From Escherichia phage vB_Eco_Lzu_P1, in the sequence record PQ295795: DNA of 44,712 bases; one strand, written 5' to 3'. Position numbers and translations under genes: made by a program. Below, piece after piece: positions 7,140 through 15,941 of the stretch; within the stretch, counting starts at the first letter, position 1, and each line of letters opens with the position of its first letter. A model generated the notes under the pieces. The model saw only the letters and a list, made by a program, of their open reading frames with translations, was not told the origin of the DNA and did no database searches.

Positions 7140-8569
7140 TGGCGATTAAACCAAAACGTAAAACGCAATCCGGTAGCAATACGGAACACTCATTACTCGG
7201 GCCATCCGGTGCTAAAAAATGGATGGGTTGCCCTGCCGCCCTGGTGGTGGAAAAAGATATCCCGAACGAATCCGGGCAGGCGGCGATTAACGGTACGAGT
7301 ATGCACACCGTATCTGAAGTTGTGCTAAACCGCATTATCGCCGGTGAAAAGCTGATAACCGCAAAGACGTATAAAGGATGCTACGTCGAGAACGAAGGCA
7401 AGGGACCAGTAAAGGCCCACCCGAAAGCACCGAAAGGCGGCGTACTGGTCAACGACGATATGGTGAAACAGTGCGACGCGTACATCGACCACTGGCGACC
7501 GCTCCTCGAAGTGGCGGAGTTTGTCCAGCTTGAGATGCGCGCCGATCTCACCCGCGTCCTCCACCATGGCGTCGAGATCGACGGTAACAGGGTTAAGACG
7601 TTCGGCACTGCCGATATGGTCATGATCATGAAGAAGACCGATGGCACGTACATGCTGATTGTTGGCGACCTGAAGACCGGGCGACATAAGGTCGAGGCGA
7701 AAGAAAACAAACAGCTTATGTTGTACGCGCTCGGCCTGCTGCGCAAGCTGCAAACCATGTACGACATTACGACCGTGCGCCTGGTCATCTTCCAGCCGTA
7801 TTGCGGCGGGGCGTCAGAGTGGGATATCTCAGTGGAAGCGCTGGAGATATTCGCGAAGTTTGCGTCCAAGCGTGCTATCGCCGCGCTCGATGCATACGCC
7901 CGTGGCAAGAAGGGACTGACCCGCGCCGACTTCCGACCGAGCGTTGATGCGTGCCAGTGGTGCAGATTTGCGGACCAGTGCAGCGTCCGGGCGAAGGCCG
8001 CAATCGACACGATGACGCCACCAACGGCAACCGACGAAGACCTTGGCGACGACGTGAGCGTGGCAACCGAGGAAGAGTGCGCCAACCAAGACCGCAATAT
8101 GACCCGCGAAGCCCGGAAGGCTGCCCGACGTGCTAAACGGGGCAAGAAGGAATCCACCCCAGGCGCTATGAGCGCGGCGGAACTGCGCAAGGCTTATGAA
8201 GGACTTGACGCAATGCGCCAGCACATCAAAGCTATCGAGTACGCGGTATTCAAGGCGGTCATGGCGGGCGATGGCGAATCGTTGGGCCTTAAGATGGTTG
8301 CCGGTAAGGAAGGGATCCGTAAGTGGGCAGACGAGAGCGAAGTGATTGAAATCTTCACGAAGGCCCGGATCAAGCGCGATGTGATGTACAAAGAAACATT
8401 GCTCAGCCCGACCGATGCCGAGAAGGTACTGAAGGACGAGAAGCCGAAAGTGTGGGCGAAGCTGTGTGCTAAAATCACACGCGCACCTGCAAAACCGGTG
8501 TTAGCACCAATCGACGACCCGCGCCCCGCGTGGTCTGAAGCTACTGACGAGGACTTAAGCAATGAATAA
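7139..8569 (+). CDS. PD-(D/E)xK-family nuclease with C-terminal cysteine cluster (Cas4/RecB-like phage exonuclease)
   Basis: Motifs GTADMV ... IVGDLKTG (D...D-x-K) and C-terminal CQWCRFADQC; paired with the downstream SSB-like gene. Confidence 0.55.
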   Translation: MAIKPKRKTQSGSNTEHSLLGPSGAKKWMGCPAALVVEKDIPNESGQAAINGTSMHTVSEVVLNRIIAGEKLITAKTYKGCYVENEGKGPVKAHPKAPKGGVLVNDDMVKQCDAYIDHWRPLLEVAEFVQLEMRADLTRVLHHGVEIDGNRVKTFGTADMVMIMKKTDGTYMLIVGDLKTGRHKVEAKENKQLMLYALGLLRKLQTMYDITTVRLVIFQPYCGGASEWDISVEALEIFAKFASKRAIAALDAYARGKKGLTRADFRPSVDACQWCRFADQCSVRAKAAIDTMTPPTATDEDLGDDVSVATEEECANQDRNMTREARKAARRAKRGKKESTPGAMSAAELRKAYEGLDAMRQHIKAIEYAVFKAVMAGDGESLGLKMVAGKEGIRKWADESEVIEIFTKARIKRDVMYKETLLSPTDAEKVLKDEKPKVWAKLCAKITRAPAKPVLAPIDDPRPAWSEATDEDLSNE

Positions 8570-8804
8570 AGTATTCGCATTCTTATTGATGATTATGCTC
8601 GGTGCGCTGGGCTTTATCCTGCATTGCGTGCAAGGCGTGTTAATGGTAGCCTGGATGATTCGCCATCCGACCCGCTGGCTGGACGATGGCTATAGTGACG
8701 CTGCCGTAGACTGGGTGGGGAAGAACATCGACCGACCGCCGTTAAGCTGGATTGAGAACGCCACCAACTACGTGACCAGAAATCTTTTTAATAAAAGTGC
8801 TTGA
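8562..8804 (+). CDS. Small membrane protein (80 aa)
   Basis: ORF track; hydrophobic N-terminus VFAFLLMIMLGALGFILHCVQGVLMVAWMI; start overlaps previous stop. Confidence 0.45.
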   Translation: MNKVFAFLLMIMLGALGFILHCVQGVLMVAWMIRHPTRWLDDGYSDAAVDWVGKNIDRPPLSWIENATNYVTRNLFNKSA

Positions 8805-8829
8805 CCGCGCAGGCGCAACCAAGTAAATT
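8801..8829 (+). promoter_or_regulatory. Sigma70-like promoter
   Basis: TTGACC - 17 nt - TAAATT upstream of the SSB-like gene; spacer carries GCAACCAAG twice. Confidence 0.45.
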
Positions 8830-8894
8830 GGCAACCAAGCCGAACGGGGTGGCTCACAATAACCCCGATACATGTGAAAATGAGGAATTGGAAA

Positions 8895-9674
8895 ATGGCT
8901 AAAGTCAACCTGAAAAATGTGCGCGTATGTTTCCTGAATATTTGGGAACGTGATACCCCTAAACAGGCTGGGCAAAAACCGGCATACCGCGCCGTGATTC
9001 TTCTGGATAAAGAAGATCCGCAGGTGGACAAAGTGGAAGCGGCAGCGCGCGCAGCGCTCACCGTCAAGCTGAAATCCGAGAAGAATGCCGATAAGTGGAT
9101 GGACCGCCACTACGCCCAGGATTCTAAGGAATGCGCAGTCCGCGACGGTGACGAGCGCGACGAAGTAACCGAAGAATTCGAAGGCATGTTGTACATCAAC
9201 GCCAAATCGTTCAAGCAGCCAAACATTCAAACGTCACTCGGCGAGAAGCAGACTGAACAAGGTCTGACCGTAGAAGGCGACGAGATCGAAGGCCAGGAGA
9301 TCTACTCCGGTTGTTATTGCAACGTGTCACTGGATATTTGGGCGTGGAACAATACCAACGGCAAGGGACTCGGTGCTGGGCTTTTAGGTCTGCGCTTCCG
9401 TGATGACGGCGAAGCCTTCGGCGGTGGCGGATCTTCTTGCTCCGACGAAGACCTGGGCGACGATGACGAAAGCCCGCGCAAGTCCAAAAAGTCAAAACGT
9501 CGTGATGACGATGACGAAGATGACAAGCCGCGCAAGTCCAAAAAGTCCAAGCGCCGCGATGACGATGACGACGACGAAGATGAAAAACCTCGTAAACGTC
9601 GTAAGCCACGCGACGATGAAGATGAGGACGAAGACGACGAAGACGAAGCACCACGTAAACGTCGCCGTCGTTAA
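8895..9674 (+). CDS. Putative single-stranded DNA-binding protein with repetitive acidic/basic C-terminal tail
   Basis: ATG at 8895 with GAGGA RBS; N-terminal MAKVNLKNVRVCFLNIWE pattern and acidic tail resemble phage gp2.5-type SSBs; location next to exonuclease and polymerase. Confidence 0.4.
   Translation: MAKVNLKNVRVCFLNIWERDTPKQAGQKPAYRAVILLDKEDPQVDKVEAAARAALTVKLKSEKNADKWMDRHYAQDSKECAVRDGDERDEVTEEFEGMLYINAKSFKQPNIQTSLGEKQTEQGLTVEGDEIEGQEIYSGCYCNVSLDIWAWNNTNGKGLGAGLLGLRFRDDGEAFGGGGSSCSDEDLGDDDESPRKSKKSKRRDDDDEDDKPRKSKKSKRRDDDDDDEDEKPRKRRKPRDDEDEDEDDEDEAPRKRRRR
9474..9660 (+). repeat. Imperfect tandem repeat (about 57-bp unit, 2-3 copies) inside the SSB-like CDS
   Basis: ccgcgcaagtccaaaaagtc...gatgacgatgac repeated, encoding PRKSKKSKRRDDDDEDDK twice, then a degenerate third copy. 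Confidence 0.75.
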
Positions 9675-9692
9675 GGGCAAAGCCCACTATTC

Positions 9693-9718
9693 AAGCCCGC
9701 TTAATGCGGGCTTTTTAA
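9693..9718 (+). terminator. Intrinsic terminator
   Basis: AAGCCCGC-ttaat-GCGGGCTT followed by TTTTAAT. Confidence 0.6.
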
Positions 9719-9732
9719 TAGGACAATGAAAA

Positions 9733-9903
9733 ATGCGCATTAAAGCCAGCGAAGTAAAAGTCGGAATGCGAGTATGGTCCAAGCTACTGGGGGAATATTT
9801 CACCGTTGCCGAGATTCGCAACAACGGCGAGGAGATAACACTTTCCGACGGTATCTTCTCCATGATCGGCAGCGCTGACGCCGTAGTGAGGATTAAGCAA
9901 TGA
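9733..9903 (+). CDS. Small protein (56 aa) translationally coupled to the DNA polymerase
   Basis: ATG at 9733, stop TGA overlaps polymerase ATG (ATGA); below the 60-aa track threshold; weak RBS. Confidence 0.35.
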   Translation: MRIKASEVKVGMRVWSKLLGEYFTVAEIRNNGEEITLSDGIFSMIGSADAVVRIKQ

Positions 9904-12191
9904 AAGACTTCGAACGCCTGTTTCTCGATACCGAGACATTTAGCGGGGTAGACCTGAAGAAAGTTGGCGCATACGCCTACGCAGAGCACCCAACCACCGA
10001 GATTATGATTTGCACCTACGCCATCGACGAGGGCCGCGTGCAGACATGGGATTGCACCGAGTCCCCCACAATGCCACGTGAACTGCGCAAGGCGCTCCGC
10101 CAGGTATCCCGCAAGAAAGCAAAAATCGTGATGGCTAACGGCCTCCTGTTTGACCGCCTGGTTATTCGCGAGAAGTGGGGCATTGACCTGCCAGTGTGCC
10201 AGATCGAAGACACCATGATTATGGCCTTCCGACACGCGCTGCCGGGTAGTCTCGACATGCAGTGCCAGGTGCTGGGCGTTGACGCAGAACACGCGAAGGA
10301 TAAGGCTGGCAAGGCGCTGATCAAACGATTCTGTAAGCCAACCCCTAAGACCTACAAAATCCGCCGCTACACCCGCGAGACTCACCCTGAAGAATGGGCT
10401 AAATTCCTGCGCTATGCCGCGCTGGATATCATCGCGATGAGGGAAGTCTATTGGCGCATACCGGACTGGGGTAATACGCCGAAGGAAGACGAAATCCTGC
10501 TTATTGACCAGTTGATTAACGACCGCGGCTTCTATGTGGACGTTGACCTGGCACGCGCTGCGATCAAAGCGGTACAGGCGCATAAGGAAGAATTAAAGGA
10601 AGAAGCCCGGGAGCGCTTCGGCGGTAAGCTAACCGGAAATGACTTCCTGCCAGCGCTGCGCGACCTCGCGCCTGCGTTCACAATCCACAACGCGCAGAAA
10701 TCCACGCTTAACGACCTGCTGGAAGATCCAGACTTCCCCGATGAAGGCAAAGTGCTTATCGAGATGCGCCTCGGAGCGTCATCAACGGCGTCGACTAAAT
10801 ACAATCCGCTCGTAAATGGTCTGTCTTCCGATGGTCGCCGCCGTGGGTGTCTTCAGTATGGTGGGGCAAAGCGCACGCTACGCTGGGCCGGTAAAGGCTT
10901 CCAGCCGCAAAACCTGGCGCGAGGCGAGTATAGCGACGACCACGAGGGGAAGATTAAGCGCCGTGAGGGCGAGAGCGATATATCCTTTTGGGTGCGGTCG
11001 CACATGCTCACCAACGGCATCAACTCCCTGTTACGCGGGACCGCACACTGGGCGTATGACATATCGAAGCTAACGGCCTCGACCGTTCGCGGGTGCATTA
11101 TTCCGGCGAAGGGCAAGAAGTTTGTCGTCGCGGACTACTCCAACGTGGAAGGGCGCGGCCTTGCCTGGATCGCTGGCGAGAAAACCGCGCTAATGGTGTT
11201 TAGGGCCGGTCGCGATATTTATTGTGAGACTGCCGGTAAGATGTTCGGCCTCGATCCGGAATACATTAAAGCCAACCGCAAAGACTTACGCCAGATTGGT
11301 AAGGCGTGTGAGTTGGGACTTGGCTATGGCGGCGGCGTGGCTGCGTTCTTGCAGTTCGCTAAAAACCTGGGCCTCGACCTTTATGCGATGGCTGACGTGA
11401 TGAAGGGCACATTCCCCGATCACATTTGGGCGGCGGCGAAACGTGGTTATGAGTATGCCCGCATTAACGAAGCGAAGCGCCCGCCGAAGCCGGGCAAGAA
11501 GGACGAGCGCCCGACTTACATACTGCCGAAAAACGTATGGCTTACGTGTGATGCGATTAAACGCATGTGGCGCGAGGCTCACCCGAAGACGGTAGCATTT
11601 TGGGCCGAGCTTGAGGACGCGGTGCTCTGCGCGATCCGCAATCCGGGCAAAGCGTACTGGGCTGGCGCGAACGTTCGCCCGGATGGTAAGAAAGCGCTCA
11701 AGATAGTCCGCACGAAGGCGAAGCATGACCCAACCTTCGACGAGGAGCGCGACGACCCGAACGCCGCTGGGTGGTGGTTGAAAATTGAGTTGCCGTCTGG
11801 GCGTATTATGAGTTACCCAGGCATTGCGCTGTCAGTGACGACCGAGATCGACGAAGACACCGGCAAGAAACGCACCAGCACCCGCATTAAATATCAGGGT
11901 GAGAATCAGACGACGCGCCAGTGGGGATTCCAGTACACCTACGGCGGCAAACTCACGGAAAACATCGTGCAGGCGCTGTGCCGCGATATCCTCGCATGGT
12001 CCATGCCGGGCGTTGAAGCTGCGGGGTATGAAATCGTCCTGTCAGTGCACGATGAACTGATAACCGAAGTGCCGGATACCGACGACTACACAACCGAGGA
12101 GTTGTGCGCGCTGATGTGCGACCTGCCGGTTTGGGCGAAAGGCTTCCCGCTTGCCGCGGAAGGCGACATTATGTACAGGTACAGAAAATGA
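9900..12191 (+). CDS. Family-A (Pol I-like) DNA polymerase with 3'-5' exonuclease domain
   Basis: 763 aa; Exo I motif LDTETF, motif A DYSNVEGR, motif B RQIGKACELGLGYGGG, motif C VHDEL. Confidence 0.9.
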   Translation: MKDFERLFLDTETFSGVDLKKVGAYAYAEHPTTEIMICTYAIDEGRVQTWDCTESPTMPRELRKALRQVSRKKAKIVMANGLLFDRLVIREKWGIDLPVCQIEDTMIMAFRHALPGSLDMQCQVLGVDAEHAKDKAGKALIKRFCKPTPKTYKIRRYTRETHPEEWAKFLRYAALDIIAMREVYWRIPDWGNTPKEDEILLIDQLINDRGFYVDVDLARAAIKAVQAHKEELKEEARERFGGKLTGNDFLPALRDLAPAFTIHNAQKSTLNDLLEDPDFPDEGKVLIEMRLGASSTASTKYNPLVNGLSSDGRRRGCLQYGGAKRTLRWAGKGFQPQNLARGEYSDDHEGKIKRREGESDISFWVRSHMLTNGINSLLRGTAHWAYDISKLTASTVRGCIIPAKGKKFVVADYSNVEGRGLAWIAGEKTALMVFRAGRDIYCETAGKMFGLDPEYIKANRKDLRQIGKACELGLGYGGGVAAFLQFAKNLGLDLYAMADVMKGTFPDHIWAAAKRGYEYARINEAKRPPKPGKKDERPTYILPKNVWLTCDAIKRMWREAHPKTVAFWAELEDAVLCAIRNPGKAYWAGANVRPDGKKALKIVRTKAKHDPTFDEERDDPNAAGWWLKIELPSGRIMSYPGIALSVTTEIDEDTGKKRTSTRIKYQGENQTTRQWGFQYTYGGKLTENIVQALCRDILAWSMPGVEAAGYEIVLSVHDELITEVPDTDDYTTEELCALMCDLPVWAKGFPLAAEGDIMYRYRK

Positions 12192-12469
12192 TGACACCAG
12201 AAGGCAAGATTCAAAGTCACCTTATGAAGCTGGTGAAAGCCGTCGGCGGATTCTGCCGAAAACTGGCATGGGAGGGGCGCGCAGGAGCGCCCGACCTCAT
12301 AATCATCATCAACGGCAAGATAGTTTTCGTCGAAGTGAAGCGCCCAGGCGGTAAACCTAAGCCGCACCAGGTACGAGAACATGAGCGAATGGCCTGCCGC
12401 GGTGCGGACGTTCGCGTCATCGACAACATAGCCGACTGTGATTTATTGGTTGCTGAATTGGTCGCGTAG
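12188..12469 (+). CDS. VRR-NUC domain nuclease
   Basis: ATG overlaps polymerase stop (ATGA); GAPDLIIIINGKIVFVEVKRPGGKPKPHQ matches the VRR-NUC D...E-V-K core. Confidence 0.6.
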   Translation: MMTPEGKIQSHLMKLVKAVGGFCRKLAWEGRAGAPDLIIIINGKIVFVEVKRPGGKPKPHQVREHERMACRGADVRVIDNIADCDLLVAELVA

Positions 12470-12509
12470 CAGTATAGTGGGCCGGTTAGCCCTATCGAGG
12501 ATTTTAGAA

Positions 12510-12683
12510 ATGGTTGAAGAAAAACGTTGTAGTAATTGCGGTTGTGTTAAACCGCTATCCCAGTTCCATAAATACACCGGTAAGACTGCGCGAAGCCCGG
12601 ACGGGTATCGGGCAGAGTGCAAATCGTGCCGCAATAAAAAAGAGCGCGAACGGCAGCGCCGCTACCGCGCAGAGCAAAAATAA
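12510..12683 (+). CDS. Small zinc-ribbon protein (C-x2-C ... C-x2-C), possible transcription factor
   Basis: ATG at 12510 with GAGGA RBS; CSNCGC ... CKSC pattern, basic C-terminus. Confidence 0.4.
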   Translation: MVEEKRCSNCGCVKPLSQFHKYTGKTARSPDGYRAECKSCRNKKERERQRRYRAEQK

Positions 12684-12689
12684 TTAATA

Positions 12690-12715
12690 CGGCGGGCTTG
12701 TCCCGCCATTTTTGG
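12690..12715 (+). terminator. Intrinsic terminator (stem contains the TTGTCCCGCC motif)
   Basis: GGCGGG-cttgt-CCCGCC followed by ATTTTTGG. Confidence 0.5.
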
Positions 12716-12726
12716 GAGACATGACG

Positions 12727-12945
12727 ATGAAAGAACATTATCGACTCACCACACTTGGCGAATGCAAACCAGGCGATCGCGTATGGTTTATCGCGGGCAT
12801 GAATTACCCGCTGCCGTTAACGGTGTGCTGGCAAAAATTTAAGAGCTTCCAGGCGACGGGTGTACACATCGGACACGCCACCAACTACGACGCCACAAAA
12901 AGGAACTGGAACAGTGAGACAGAAGTCTGGAAAAAGGCGGAATAA
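12727..12945 (+). CDS. Hypothetical protein (72 aa)
   Basis: ATG at 12727, GGGAGA RBS 7 nt upstream; track ORF 12712..12945 starts at TTG. Confidence 0.45.
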   Translation: MKEHYRLTTLGECKPGDRVWFIAGMNYPLPLTVCWQKFKSFQATGVHIGHATNYDATKRNWNSETEVWKKAE

Positions 12946-12949
12946 AGAT

Positions 12950-14374
12950 ATGGCACGATTCCGACGCCGCGAATATCAGAAGTTGATAACCGCGTTCATC
13001 CTCAAGCATAAGCGATGCAATATATGGGCGACAATGGGGTCGGGTAAAACTGGCGCGACCATGTGGGCACTGAATAAAATGTTCCAGACCGGCATCCTGT
13101 CCCTCCTGGAGGACCGCGTACTGGTGCTGGCCCCTCTGCGCGTTGCATCCGGCACATGGCCCCCGGAACAGGAAAAATGGCGCTTCCCCGCCTTGCTGGT
13201 AGTAGATGGCACTGGGTCCGAGAAGGACCGCATCGCTGCGCTTGAGAGCGACGCTAACGTGGTTTGTATTAACTATGATGTGGTTGAGTGGCTCGTCGAG
13301 TATTGCGGCGACGAGTGGCCCTTCACGGTAGTTGTTGCCGATGAATCCACTAAGCTGAAAGGCTATAGAAGCAAGCAGGGGAGTAAGCGCGCCCGCGCAC
13401 TGGCGGCGATTGCCCATAAGCACGTCAAGCGCTGGATTAACCTGACCGGCACACCCGCACCAAACGGGCTGAAAGACCTATGGGGTCAGACGTGGTTTGT
13501 CGATGGTGGCGAACGCCTCGGCAGTAGCTATAAGGCATTTACGGATCGCTGGTTTATTAGCAAGCCTGTTAAGCCTGGCAGCTTCACTATGCAGCACGCC
13601 CCGCTTAAGAACTCCGAGAAAGAAATCCAACAACGCCTGTCCGACGTGTCGCTAACAGTTGACGCGGCTGAATACTTCGGGTGTGACAAGCCGATCTATA
13701 CGCCGGTTGTTGTGGACCTGCCGAAGAAAGCCCGTAAGATTTATGACCAGTTCGAAGCGGAGCTATTTGCCGAACTGGAAAGCGGAACTGTGGAGGCCGC
13801 AAACGCCGCGTCGAAGACTATTAAGTGCCTTCAGCTTGCTTCGGGTGCCGTATATAAAGTCGACGAAGACGGCGAGCGCACCGACGAATGGGTGAAAATT
13901 CACGACGCTAAACTGGACGCGCTGGAAAGTATCGTGGAGGAGTTGAACGGCGCACCGTTGCTCGTCGCGTACCAGTACAAGCATGACCTGGCACGTCTTA
14001 AGAAGAAATTCCCGCACGGCGTAGCGATGGGTAAGGGGAAGCAAGGCAATAAGGATATGGAAGCGTGGAACAGGGGCGAGATCCCCATCATGTTCGCACA
14101 CCCGGCATCGGCGGGTCACGGCCTTAACTTGCAGGATGGCGGACACCACCTTGCCATCTTCTCCGACACCTGGAACTATGAGCATTTTTCGCAGATTGTG
14201 GAGCGTATCGGGCCGGTTCGCCAGATGCAAGCCGGACACCCTCGTCCGGTATTCGTCTACATTATCCAGGCGCGTGGCACACTGGATGAACTGGTCGCGG
14301 AGCGTCGCGACAGTAAGCGCGATATTCAGGACGACCTGATGGAATACATGAAAGCTAAAAAGGCGCGCAAATGA
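12950..14374 (+). CDS. SNF2-like superfamily-2 helicase
   Basis: Walker A MGSGKTGA, motif II VVADESTK, motif III LTGTPAPN; track ORF 12860..14374 has an N-terminal extension without RBS. Confidence 0.7.
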   Translation: MARFRRREYQKLITAFILKHKRCNIWATMGSGKTGATMWALNKMFQTGILSLLEDRVLVLAPLRVASGTWPPEQEKWRFPALLVVDGTGSEKDRIAALESDANVVCINYDVVEWLVEYCGDEWPFTVVVADESTKLKGYRSKQGSKRARALAAIAHKHVKRWINLTGTPAPNGLKDLWGQTWFVDGGERLGSSYKAFTDRWFISKPVKPGSFTMQHAPLKNSEKEIQQRLSDVSLTVDAAEYFGCDKPIYTPVVVDLPKKARKIYDQFEAELFAELESGTVEAANAASKTIKCLQLASGAVYKVDEDGERTDEWVKIHDAKLDALESIVEELNGAPLLVAYQYKHDLARLKKKFPHGVAMGKGKQGNKDMEAWNRGEIPIMFAHPASAGHGLNLQDGGHHLAIFSDTWNYEHFSQIVERIGPVRQMQAGHPRPVFVYIIQARGTLDELVAERRDSKRDIQDDLMEYMKAKKARK

Positions 14375-15081
14375 CTATTGCTAAAATGACAATCTGGTCA
14401 TTATTTGACGGCAGCGGCTTGATGATTGAGCGTGCTGCCGAGATGGGGAATAAGTGTTATTGCTTCAACTACTCCGAAGCCGATCACGGGTCGTACCTGG
14501 ACTACCGGATTTATGGGCGCGGTATCCGATATCGTAATGAGTTTATCGATCTGGACTTCGTGGACCGCGCGATGAATGGTGATTTTGGTACGCCGGATAT
14601 CATCTACGCATTCCCGCCGTGTACTGATCTGGCGGTGAGCGGTGCGCCAGCTTTCCCGCGTAAGCGTGCAAAAGACCCAGCCTTTCAGATTAAGGCGGTG
14701 CGCACCGCGAAGATCGCCGCTTACCTGGGTGATTTCTTCGAAGTGCCATATATGATTGAGAATCCGCGCAGCGTGCTATCAACTCAATGGCGTAAGCCGG
14801 ACCACTCGTTTGACCCGTGGGAGTATGGCGGATATCTGCCGGAGGATGACGTGCACCCGTTATTCCCGGAATACATCAACGCCCGCGATTCATATCCGAA
14901 GTTGACCTGCTTATGGACCGGCAACGGCTTCCGTATGCCAGAGAAGAAACCTGTTTTCGTTGAAAAAGGGTACTCGAAGCAGTATAGTCGCCTCGGAGGC
15001 AAATCAGCCCGCACAAAATTAATCCGGTCGCTCACCCCGCGCGGCTTCGCGATAGCGGTTAACGAGGAAAATTTAAAATGA
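14371..15081 (+). CDS. DNA C5-cytosine methyltransferase-like protein (short, small target-recognition region)
   Basis: Motif I-like LFDGSG, motif IV-like FPPC, motif VI-like ENP, motif X-like RSLTPRGF; ATGA overlap with helicase. Confidence 0.45.
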   Translation: MTIAKMTIWSLFDGSGLMIERAAEMGNKCYCFNYSEADHGSYLDYRIYGRGIRYRNEFIDLDFVDRAMNGDFGTPDIIYAFPPCTDLAVSGAPAFPRKRAKDPAFQIKAVRTAKIAAYLGDFFEVPYMIENPRSVLSTQWRKPDHSFDPWEYGGYLPEDDVHPLFPEYINARDSYPKLTCLWTGNGFRMPEKKPVFVEKGYSKQYSRLGGKSARTKLIRSLTPRGFAIAVNEENLK

Positions 15082-15401
15082 ATACTGCATTCGACGCCAT
15101 CGACTTTTCAGTGGCAATGACCAATCAGCTTTTTTCCTACGACAGCAAGACCGGCGTCATTCGCCTGAAGTCAACCGGCTGCAAGATTGGCAACCTCAAT
15201 ACTGCCGATGGCGGTACTCGTATCGAATGCAACGGCAAGACGCTGTCTGGCGCACGCGTGGCGTGGATTATCGCGACCGGCAATACAATCCCCCCAGGCT
15301 TTGCCGTTGTGTGCCGTCAGCGCACGCCAGGCCATTACGGCAACCGGATCAGCAATCTTTATTTGGTGGACGTTGCGCGCGACCCAAATTTTTATGCGTA
15401 A
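15078..15401 (+). CDS. HNH endonuclease (HNH_3-type homing endonuclease-like)
   Basis: GHYGNRISNLYLV matches the H-x-x-N-x3-NL-x-LV HNH core; free-standing between two methyltransferase-like genes. Confidence 0.5.
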   Translation: MNTAFDAIDFSVAMTNQLFSYDSKTGVIRLKSTGCKIGNLNTADGGTRIECNGKTLSGARVAWIIATGNTIPPGFAVVCRQRTPGHYGNRISNLYLVDVARDPNFYA

Positions 15402-15406
15402 ATTGG

Positions 15407-15435
15407 TTGCATAATCATATTGGTTGCATTATATT
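15407..15435 (+). promoter_or_regulatory. Sigma70-like promoter formed by two direct ATTGGTTGCA motif copies
   Basis: TTGCAT - 17 nt - TATATT; motif copies at 15402-15411 and 15417-15428. Confidence 0.55.
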
Positions 15436-15482
15436 GAGGGTGTCCGGTTTGGACGCCCTTTTTAATACCTGGAGACAACACG

Positions 15483-15941
15483 ATGAAAATTTTACAAGAA
15501 GAGAAAAATTACTGGGCCGCGCAATGCCTCGAAGCCCGCGAGCAAACGGCCAACGCGAAACAATCGGCCGAAATCTTCCGGTCAGGTTATGAAACGGAAG
15601 AAAAGCGTCGCATGGAGTTAGAGGAGCGCTTCGAACTGCTATTCGAATTGATGGGGATTATGCAACGCACCGGATACACCACCAGCGTTGCACTAAACCG
15701 CATCACTGCCGATAGTTTGCGTGAGCACTGTAAACGTGCGGAGGAGTACGTGCGACCGAAGGGCCGCCAGTCTAAGATTGACCGGAAAGACCTGGTGCTG
15801 GTTGCGTGGCGAGGGAACGGGTCTTACTACTCCGACTGCCGACCACTCGGCACCGAGGAATCAAAGCGCGTGCAACGCGTTCTAAACAGTAATAAGAAAA
15901 TTGCCCTGTACGCGATAGATCCAGATCATGCAGAAGAGTGA
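15483..15941 (+). CDS. Hypothetical protein (152 aa)
   Basis: ORF track; GGAGA RBS. Confidence 0.5.
   Translation: MKILQEEKNYWAAQCLEAREQTANAKQSAEIFRSGYETEEKRRMELEERFELLFELMGIMQRTGYTTSVALNRITADSLREHCKRAEEYVRPKGRQSKIDRKDLVLVAWRGNGSYYSDCRPLGTEESKRVQRVLNSNKKIALYAIDPDHAEE

Noticed and set aside
7381-8190. 269-aa minus-strand ORF
   Set aside because: Antisense to the PD-(D/E)xK exonuclease gene; serine/arginine-rich low-complexity translation.
9687-10583. 298-aa minus-strand ORF
   Set aside because: Antisense to the DNA polymerase gene, which has unmistakable family-A motifs.
12839-13423. 194-aa minus-strand ORF
   Set aside because: Antisense to the SNF2-like helicase gene.
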